Assembly: GCA_965242555.1 (NCBI GenBank)
Contig: CBDESO010000003.1
Span: forward strand, 251,385 to 315,384
Direction: 5' to 3'
Origin: Dehalococcoidia bacterium
Lineage (GTDB): Bacteria > Chloroflexota > Dehalococcoidia > Lucifugimonadales > JADFKI01
DNA: 64,000 nucleotides
A program made the position numbers and the translations under genes. The notes beneath the pieces are model-generated. The model worked only from the letters and a program-made list of their open reading frames with translations, was not told the origin of the DNA and made no database searches. Positions 57,045 through 64,000 of this stretch are shown one piece after another; within the stretch, counting starts at the first letter, position 1, and each line of letters opens with the position of its first letter.

Positions 57045-57175
57045 TGTATTGTCATCATGCGGCGCAATTTTGGATCAAGTCAAAATTGCATTCCCGCTGA
57101 TGCGATAAATTAGGGCGCGAATCGCCGCTCATAATTGGCGAAAATTTCCATTAGCGCCGCAAGATAGGAATGTCA
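57045..57175. mobile_element. ~131-bp MITE-like relic carrying two IS1-family-type ends
   Basis: The left end tgtattgtcatcatgcggcgcaatt resembles GGTATTGTCATCCTGCAGGG of the 47617 copy. The right end ccattagcgccgcaagataggaatg resembles ccattggcgctgcgcgctgagaatacc. Confidence 0.5.
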
Positions 57176-57267
57176 ATTGACTGACTGGCTTGACGAAACG
57201 CAGTTCATCCGCCACAATCGGCTATTGTCGCAGGCGCTTGCCCCGCTACTTGCGCTGACGCCGGTTC

Positions 57268-58488
57268 GTGGTTGCGATAATCGGAGTTGCCGTGCCAAAA
57301 TTCACTTCACGGCTGCGTCCGCTCTTGATAGCCCTAGTTGTGTTCGGCGCGGTATACGTTGCGAGCGAAGTTAGGGATAGGATAGCGCACAGCCTCGCCG
57401 GCGCGTCAGATGTGCGGCTGGAAAGCGAGCTTTCGCATTACGAACACGGCCGCTCGGTCAGGCTCAGCGGGCGGCTGCGGTTCACGGACGCGGAGCGCGC
57501 GGATATTGACGCGGTCAGGCTTATCGTCAGAGGGCCGCAGAGTTTCGCCGCAAGGCTGCCGCTGCGCCAAGGGCGCTTTGACATATCCGGCCTGGCGGGC
57601 GTTCCCGGAATTCTGACCGGCGGGACGCAGCTTAATTCGGTGGACAATCCGATGGCGCGCGTGTATAAGGGCAACGCGTCGGGGGCGTCCATTTCGTTCC
57701 AAGCCTTTTGGACGCCGGACTCGCTGAGGCGCTCCGGCGGCGGCTATACTGCCAGGCTGTCGGTCAAGCTCAGCGACGCCGAATCACCGATGAATAGCCG
57801 CGCGGCGCGGTTTTATATCAGCCATCCCACGCCTACCATAACGCCAACCGCTACGGTGACCATCACGCCAACGCCGTCGGTGACGGCAACGGCCACAGCC
57901 ACGCAGACGCCTACGGCTACGCGCACGCCTACTATTACACCATCCCCCACATCTACGATCACGCCAACTGGCACGCCCACGACTACGTCCACAGCCACCC
58001 TCACGCCAACCGCCACTCACACCCCCACGCCGACCGCCACCGCCGCGCTCACGCCAACTCCCGTTCTCACCGCCACCGCAACGCTCGCGCCGCCGCCCAC
58101 GCCTACCATCGCGCCTACATTCACGCCGCTACCCACCGCAACCGCCGCGCCCACCGAGCCGCCTGCCACTGCCACCGCTCTGCTCCCAACCACCGCTCCC
58201 ACGGCGCCACCGACAGCAACGGCACCGCCCGCGCGTCCGGCCCAGTCGACGCCCACGCCGGCGCCCAGTGCGGCGACGCCCGCAGTTCGCGTCGTGCTTG
58301 CCGTAACGCCGCCCCCACCCGCTCCCCCGCAACTTCCCGCATCATCCGCGCCCGCGTCCCCGCGCCCGCCCGCCGCCGCTCCGGCCGAACCCGCGCTTGC
58401 GCCCCTCGCCATCGCCGTGATTTTTGGCATAGCCGTGATTGCCGCGCTGTTCGCGCTCATCGTAGGCGTGGCGAGGCGGTTCAGGTAG
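57268..58488 (+). CDS. Membrane protein anchored at both termini: N-terminal TM, ~170-aa domain, PT/PA-rich linker, C-terminal TM (gene 1 of the helicase operon)
   Basis: ORF track. [14 protein letters not shown] near the N-terminus and [27 protein letters not shown] at the C-terminus. The start may be GTG 57292 (GGAG upstream). Confidence 0.6.
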   Translation: MVAIIGVAVPKFTSRLRPLLIALVVFGAVYVASEVRDRIAHSLAGASDVRLESELSHYEHGRSVRLSGRLRFTDAERADIDAVRLIVRGPQSFAARLPLRQGRFDISGLAGVPGILTGGTQLNSVDNPMARVYKGNASGASISFQAFWTPDSLRRSGGGYTARLSVKLSDAESPMNSRAARFYISHPTPTITPTATVTITPTPSVTATATATQTPTATRTPTITPSPTSTITPTGTPTTTSTATLTPTATHTPTPTATAALTPTPVLTATATLAPPPTPTIAPTFTPLPTATAAPTEPPATATALLPTTAPTAPPTATAPPARPAQSTPTPAPSAATPAVRVVLAVTPPPPAPPQLPASSAPASPRPPAAAPAEPALAPLAIAVIFGIAVIAALFALIVGVARRFR

Positions 58489-58508
58489 AGAGCCAGAGAG
58501 CCGCCCCT

Positions 58509-60893
58509 ATGCGCCTCATCAACAAGACAACCATCTGCGCGGCGGCGCTCGGACTGCTCTTGCTCTACATCATTCGCAAGCGCAAGACTGCCGACGAGCA
58601 GCCCGTCTCAGACAGCGATGCGGCGTCGGCATACGCCAATGTGGCCGAGGCCGCGCCCGTTGTGTCAGCGCCGTCAGCCACGCATACGCCCGCGGACGCG
58701 CCTGTGGACATTGCGCCGCCCTCCGATGATAGCCCCGATACGCAAGCGGATACGGGCGTCGCGGCGCATCCGGATATTTCGGTGTACGAAGATGCGTTTG
58801 AGCAGGAAGACGCGGCGCTAGACGAACCGCTGCCTGGCGATAGCGTTCATGATACGCAAGCGGATGGCGCGCTAGACGAACCGCCACCCGCCGATGATAC
58901 TCACGATACCCAAGCCGACGCCGCCCAAGCCGAACCCCCGCCCGCGAGCGAAGTTCCCCCGAAGTCGCTGGCCAGCCCTCAGCGCAAGCCTAGCGCGCAA
59001 CCGCCGCCCAAGCGTCAACGCCAACCCGCGGCGACAAGAACGCAGCCCAAGCGCCAACGCCGTCCTGCGGCAAGCGCGCAATCTACGCGCCAATCTAAAC
59101 CGCGCAGGCATATGGGACGCAGGGTTCGCAAGGGCGTATATTATGCGCCCCTTTCGCCGCCGACCGAAAGGGCAAGCCTGCGCTGCCGCGAAACGAGTGA
59201 GGGCTGGGAGATATACCTTGCTATTCCGCAAGAGAGCGCGGTGGTCAAGGTGACGCATGGCGGCGATGAGTTGCAGGTAGCCTCTGAAACTGAATTGCCG
59301 CTGAGTCAGTTTGCGGGCGACGTAGCCGTTCACTACCAAGACAATACTGCCAGGCTGACGCTGTTCAACGCGGCGGATGGCAAGCCCTTGTTCTTCAAGA
59401 TGCGAGAGAACTGGGAGGGCGAGGGCAGGCTTGTCAATAACCCCACGGCGGGACATATATTGGCTATCGCGCCACTAGATTACGACGCAAGCGAATGGGA
59501 TGACTACGAAAGCAATGAGCCTGAGGAATGCGTTGACGAGAATTTCGAGGCGAGGTTTCTGTTCTTGGAGGGCGCTGCGCCCGGTCGTCCCGCCCGAATG
59601 CGGATTAAGGGCAAGGCGCTCCATGATGACGCCGACGCTGAGTATCACGGCAAACTCTACATCGGAGCGCCGCCCGAACTGCACGTGGATCCTCAGATAA
59701 CCGACGCCCGAATTGTTGAGGAAACAGGGGGGCGCAAGGACAATGAGTGGGGCGAAAATTTCGCCCCGCACAGGCAGTCAATCGCCGCCATGCTGGACGG
59801 GCGCGATGGCAGGTTTTCCATCCGCACATACCACGATGGGGATTTGCAAGAAAGCAAGCCGTTCAGATATTTCCCCACGCTCAGGCGCATCGCCATTAAC
59901 GGCAATCAGCACAGCCCTGGCACTGCGCTGATGCCGGATACGCGCGCGGGAACCCATCGTGAAATAGCGTTGCGGTTTGAACTAGATAGCGGCGCATGCC
60001 TGCGTCCATACAGCGTTAGCCACGACAACGAAGTTCACATTGACGACGACGATGTCGTAATCATACCCCCGTCGCCATCAATCCAAACACTGACTTGCGA
60101 CTTTCCCAACCGCGCGGCAATCGCGGTGGCAGTGCCGCGCGTGTGGTGGCGGCTGACGGACGAGGACGGCGCAACGGGCGAGTGGGGCGGCGAGACTTAT
60201 GAGTTCTCCCGAAACGAATTCATGAACTTGATCAAAGCCCGTATAGAGATAAGCGCGCCGCCTGCGATAAAGGCGGTTGAGGTTGGGTTCAGCGATGATG
60301 CGATGAATGAACGCAAAGCCTCGCAAGGCGCGGTTGAGTTCGGGCTGATGGTCTTCGCGGATTATAAGGAAGTGTTCGATGCGCTAGACAAAACGCTGCA
60401 CCTGAACATACGCGTGAACGGGCAAACCGCGCCTATATTGCGTGTTCTGGCAGACACTGCGCTAGACGAATCCGCCGCTGATAAGGCGCTGCTAAATCTT
60501 CGGGACAGATACACGGCGCGCGCAATGCCATCAGCGTCTCCGCGCGATCGGTCGACTCCAAGCACAGACGGGTGGGCTAGAGGAGCGCACGACGTCCGAT
60601 TGGAAAGAATGAAGAGGCCGGACACCCTTAAAGAGGGCGAGTCTGTGTTTGGCGATGTCGTACAAATCGCGCAGGGCAGTCATTTGGTGTTGGAGATAAC
60701 CGTCAAGAGCAGTCATTCCTTTCACGGCATTTTGGAATGGAGCGAAATGAAAACAATGCCGAAAACTGAACGCGCCGAAATCACCATTGGACAGAAGTTG
60801 CCCGTCTATGTGATAAAAGCGCCGCCAGGACGACGGGCGCGGCTGTCAGTTGATAGACTGACTGACGAGAATCACAACGCGGCCGAAAACTAA
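58509..60893 (+). CDS. 794-aa protein: N-terminal TM anchor, acidic DTQAD repeats, basic KRQR tract, large unknown domain, C-terminal S1/OB-like domain (gene 2 of the helicase operon)
   Basis: TTICAAALGLLLLYIIRKRK; PPKRQRQPAATRTQPKRQRRP. The C-terminus GESVFGDVVQIAQGSHLVLEI...FHGILEWSEM...IGQKLPVYVIKA...RARLSVDRL follows the S1-domain pattern. Confidence 0.6.
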   Translation: MRLINKTTICAAALGLLLLYIIRKRKTADEQPVSDSDAASAYANVAEAAPVVSAPSATHTPADAPVDIAPPSDDSPDTQADTGVAAHPDISVYEDAFEQEDAALDEPLPGDSVHDTQADGALDEPPPADDTHDTQADAAQAEPPPASEVPPKSLASPQRKPSAQPPPKRQRQPAATRTQPKRQRRPAASAQSTRQSKPRRHMGRRVRKGVYYAPLSPPTERASLRCRETSEGWEIYLAIPQESAVVKVTHGGDELQVASETELPLSQFAGDVAVHYQDNTARLTLFNAADGKPLFFKMRENWEGEGRLVNNPTAGHILAIAPLDYDASEWDDYESNEPEECVDENFEARFLFLEGAAPGRPARMRIKGKALHDDADAEYHGKLYIGAPPELHVDPQITDARIVEETGGRKDNEWGENFAPHRQSIAAMLDGRDGRFSIRTYHDGDLQESKPFRYFPTLRRIAINGNQHSPGTALMPDTRAGTHREIALRFELDSGACLRPYSVSHDNEVHIDDDDVVIIPPSPSIQTLTCDFPNRAAIAVAVPRVWWRLTDEDGATGEWGGETYEFSRNEFMNLIKARIEISAPPAIKAVEVGFSDDAMNERKASQGAVEFGLMVFADYKEVFDALDKTLHLNIRVNGQTAPILRVLADTALDESAADKALLNLRDRYTARAMPSASPRDRSTPSTDGWARGAHDVRLERMKRPDTLKEGESVFGDVVQIAQGSHLVLEITVKSSHSFHGILEWSEMKTMPKTERAEITIGQKLPVYVIKAPPGRRARLSVDRLTDENHNAAEN

Positions 60894-60916
60894 CTTATCG
60901 CGCCGGGGGTTGCCCT

Positions 60917-62587
60917 ATGGACGACCACGCCGCTTGGACAGAATTCATTGAGCGCAGCTACATCAATTACCTGAAAACGTCGTTCTATTTCAGGGACAAG
61001 GCGCTGCGCGATTCGTTCCAAGAGGCGCTGGGACAGGAGGGGGCGCTGCTGAAGGGGCCATTCCCCGAACCCGCTTATGATTTTGAGAGGGGCGCCCGCG
61101 CAAGCGAGCTCGCCGCGCGGTTCTTTCCTGGCAATGCCGAGGGCTTGGCGCCCGCGCTGCTGGATGGCGAGCTGTACGCGCATCAAGAGGCCGCCGTTCA
61201 AAGCGCTTTCGGCTACGATATGAACATCGTGGTCGCCACCGGCACGGCGAGCGGCAAGACGGAATGTTTTCTGTATCCAATCCTGTTTGACTTGTATCGT
61301 CAATATCTGAGCGGCGAGATTGCCGAGCCGGGCGTCCGCGCTATGATCATCTACCCGATGAACGCGCTTGCAAACGACCAGCGCCAGCGGCTGGGCGCGC
61401 TTTGCGGCAAGCTCGCCGCCGCCAAGTCGGACTTTCGATTTACATTCGGGCAATATACAGGGCAGACGCCGGAGAACATCCGCGACCGACATCGCAACGG
61501 GCAAGCCAAGCAGGACGACAGGCTGCCCGGCGAGGTCGTCTTCCGCGAAGAGATGCGGGCTAATCCGCCCAACATCCTGCTCACCAACTACTCTATGCTG
61601 GAATACCTGCTCATTCGCCCGCACGACAGCCCGCTGTTCGAGCGCGGGCGGCATTGGCGGTTTATCGCGCTTGACGAGGCGCATCTGCACAGGGGCGCGC
61701 GCGGCGCCGAAATGGGCATGCTGATGCGCCGCCTCAAACGGCGCGTCGCCGAGGGCGGGCGCGCAAGCCCGTTCACCTGCATCGCCACCAGCGCCACCAT
61801 CACATCGGCGCAAACGCGGTCGGCGCGCAAAGAAGTGGCGGATTTCGCAGCCGCGCTTTTCGGCGAGCCGTTCTCGGCGGATTCGGTCATCTTTGGCAAG
61901 ACGCAGCCGCAAGCCAACGGCGGCGCGCCGCGCAGGCGCCACCTGTTCGCCCGCGCGTTGGAAAGCGCGTTTCTGGTTCACGAAAGCGGCAAAGACAGGG
62001 TGGCGCTAAACCGCACGGCGTTGGGGCAAGACGCCGCGCCGATTGAGATAGCGCTCTGCCGCGATTGCGGGCAGCACTACTACATCGGGCGCGAATCGGC
62101 GGGCAAGCTTGCGGAGCCGATTCGCGATCCCAGCGCCGCGGGTTTCGGCGTAACCTACTTTATGCCCATAGACGCCGCCGCGTCCGCCGCCGCCACGCAT
62201 ATCCTCTGCCGCCGCTGCGCCGGTATAGCAAGCGTTGCAAGCGTCGCAAGCGGCAAGGCGGGGTTGGCATGCAACTGCCGCGCCTCCGCCGTTATCCGCG
62301 TCAAGAAGTGCGAATCGGACAAAGCCAATCCCGACCAGATAAAATCCTGCGAATTCTGCGGCTACACAAGGGGCGGCTACAAAGACCCCGTGCAAGAGAT
62401 AGTTCACGGATCCGACGGCCCAAACGCGGTTTTCGTTACGGCGCTGCATCAGCTCTTGAACAAGGATAGGCGCAGGGTGCTGTCATTCGCGGACAGCCGT
62501 CAAGAGGCGGCGTTCTTCGCGTGGTACGCCGAAAATTCGTATGGCGATATTGTTGACCGCAACTCCATCCTGCGCGCGCTGACCGAC
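60917..62587 (+). pseudogene. N-terminal half of the split DUF1998-type DEAD/DEAH helicase (motifs I-III, Zn-ribbons, start of RecA2)
   Basis: LYAHQEAAV, VVATGTASGKTECF, YPMNALANDQ, LLTNYSMLEYLL, IALDEAHLHRG, ATSATI, CRDCGQHYY and LSFADSRQEAAFFA. The native sequence ends at TGACCGAC (62580-87), and the last codons (RILIL*) come from the IS end. Confidence 0.8.
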
Positions 62588-63031
62588 CGTATTCTCATAC
62601 TGTAGGGTTAATGGATTTGAGGGACTGATTTAGACATTCCTCAAGCTCTATCGCCAGCATATGTTTCAATATTTCCACGCTCTTTGCGTAGCCCTTTGTC
62701 CGCCTCGCCAGCCTATTCAGCTTGATACGCAACTTGGAACGCAGCCCCTCATCCGGTTCACCGCCGCGCGCATATTCGCCGCTCGCTCTTGCTGTTCGTC
62801 AGTGAACCGATGCTTTGCGCCCTCTCGACGCTTGCAGCGGCGCTGGTTGCATTTGCATTGTTGCTTGCCGCGTGAGCGCCCGTCTTTTTTGATGCAGTTT
62901 GAGCCGCATTTTGGGCATAGCGAGTCGTGTCTGTACACGCTCGGTTTCGCCATAGATCCACCCGTCTTTCAGCCGTTCCGGAGCGATTTAGGACAAGTAT
63001 GTCATATTGGCGCTTGCAGGGTGAGAATACC
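62588..63031 (-). mobile_element. Internally deleted IS1-family copy (444 bp) with both ends
   Basis: cgtattctcatactgtaggg at 62588 and cttgcagggtgagaatacc ending at 63031. Retains insB 3-prime and insA remnants (ORF 62717..62953 is MAKPSVYRHDSLCPKCGSN...) and lacks ~400 bp of insB. Confidence 0.75.
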
Positions 63032-63085
63032 GCCCCGCTGCGTAGTCTGCGGCGCGATGACTAGCGGCATGGATGTCATAGGCAG

Positions 63086-63248
63086 GTGAACCGGATGAGG
63101 GATTTGCGCTCCAAGTTGCGGAGCAATCTGAACAGGCTGGTGAGGCGCGCAAAGAGTGTGGCAATGCTGAAACATCTGCCGGCAATTGTGTTTGAGGAGC
63201 GCCTAAATTAGTCCATCAAATCCATTGGCGCTGCGCGCTGAGAATACC
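63086..63248 (+). mobile_element. IS1-family 3-prime fragment (insB C-terminus plus IRR)
   Basis: gtgaaccggatgaggg...ctgaaacatctgcc...ccattggcgctgcgcgctgagaatacc. It is an inverted copy of 62588-62765. Confidence 0.7.
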
Positions 63249-63389
63249 ACGCTACCGAACTGTGGTTGACGACAAGCGCTTTTGGCGATTAGAGTGGGGA
63301 ATGCTTTGGAATAATTAGAACCCCTGCCGGCCGGATGCCCGCCCGCGAACTCGGAAGATATAGTTGAACCTAGCACAGTCTATCGGCTT

Positions 63390-63683
63390 GTGAGGATCGC
63401 CCCGCCTAGCCTTGACGATTTTAGATCTCAGCGCGCGGATAACCATGTCGCTACATTCAGGCGTGTTACCGAACGTCAGGCGCGCGGAGTGTCGGTGTTC
63501 ATAAGCATTGAAGATGTGAACAAGAGGCGGGAAAGGCCCCGTCTAAGCGGGACGCTGATTTGCGCGGTAGTTTTGGACAAGGGAGCGGGGCGCATCCTGC
63601 AACCAAACCGTAAGTCGTCGCATTGCACTTGGTGGCCGCTAGCCAATTACGACATCCTAGCGAATTGTCGGGTGATAGCATGA
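63390..63683 (+). CDS. Hypothetical protein (frame open from 63315; start uncertain)
   Basis: ORF track. Its stop overlaps the next ATG (ATGA at 63680-83). Confidence 0.4.
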   Translation: MRIAPPSLDDFRSQRADNHVATFRRVTERQARGVSVFISIEDVNKRRERPRLSGTLICAVVLDKGAGRILQPNRKSSHCTWWPLANYDILANCRVIA

Positions 63684-64000
63684 GGACTATCAAGCCCGTC
63701 GCAGTCCTGGATTACTACGACGGGATACAGATATTTGAGGGGCGCGACTCTATCGGCGGCCACTACATCGCGGTGTTGATAGACAGCGTGGGCAGTGCCT
63801 ATCGCTACGTAGCGACAGGCGCGAACCCTGAGCGACTTCGGCAGTTCAGGGTTGGCGACCTAGATCTGCGGACGCTGCTCTTGGAGGCGCCGGGCGGCGA
63901 GTGGTTCTTCATATACGCGGATGCTCCATACGGAGAGTCGCTGACGCTGCTGCCTCAAGAGGGGCCGCTTGCTGATCGAAAGGACTTGCTGCCCGGCCCA
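63680..64000 (+). CDS. Hypothetical protein, 3-prime truncated by the window edge (absent from the ORF track)
   Basis: Hand translation gives MRTIKPVAVLDYYDGIQIFEGRDSIGGHYIAVLIDSVG...LLPGP, open to nt 64000. Confidence 0.45.
   Translation, partial: MRTIKPVAVLDYYDGIQIFEGRDSIGGHYIAVLIDSVGSAYRYVATGANPERLRQFRVGDLDLRTLLLEAPGGEWFFIYADAPYGESLTLLPQEGPLADRKDLLPGP

Noticed and set aside
56809-57108. + strand ORFs 56481..56954 and 56809..57108 at the helicase breakpoint.
   Set aside because: They are antisense to the recoverable helicase reading frames (minus-strand frames give LPIDGEGLIASDLADRLRNYW... and ...DAIQFLTSAAGVDAEAAQDLMKEIW).

Overview
High-GC bacterial chromosomal segment. PT-linker surface proteins, expanded Uma2 nucleases and LLM oxidoreductases suggest a Chloroflexota-like origin, but this is inference only. 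Housekeeping genes are interleaved with accessory material: glnS, class-I DAHP synthase, SDR, mug, thpR, folC, fabF, uvrB, a FEN-like exonuclease, two class-III aminotransferases, tRNA-Pro(GGG) and tRNA-Arg(CCG). Main observations: (1) A DUF1998-type DEAD/DEAH helicase of about 1319 aa is split into an N-half (60917-62587, +) and a C-half (57044-54747, -). Both breakpoints carry the same 8-bp sequence TGACCGAC next to IS1-family ends, and joining them restores the reading frame. The N-half is the last gene of a tight three-gene operon with two uncharacterised membrane-anchored proteins, one ending in an S1/OB-like domain. This is my best candidate for an undescribed, now IS-inactivated, helicase-based system. 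(2) A stand-alone OLD/GajA/AriA-like ABC ATPase is fused to an apparently degenerate Toprim-like domain (25175-27226). (3) Six tandem mini-genes, plus a seventh elongated copy at 34.2 kb, encode tail-anchored coiled-coil proteins with variable heptad number; the array lies next to Uma2 nucleases that carry coiled-coil tails. (4) A Tyr/Phe-rich 30-codon leader ORF and an intrinsic terminator precede the DAHP synthase gene, suggesting an attenuator. (5) Two 843-bp IS1-family copies and a third remnant are each separated by the same 8-bp ATTTGCGG, just upstream of a tRNA promoter, and another decayed copy sits at the equivalent place upstream of tRNA-Arg. (6) An 11-copy intergenic hairpin repeat family shows compensatory stem changes. 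(7) Six DUF805 genes lie in tandem. (8) Three single-base frameshifts fall in G/C homopolymer runs (Uma2, folC, helicase), which may be sequencing errors. No CRISPR array, rRNA, reverse transcriptase or integrase was seen. All homology calls come from motif recognition by eye, not from searches.
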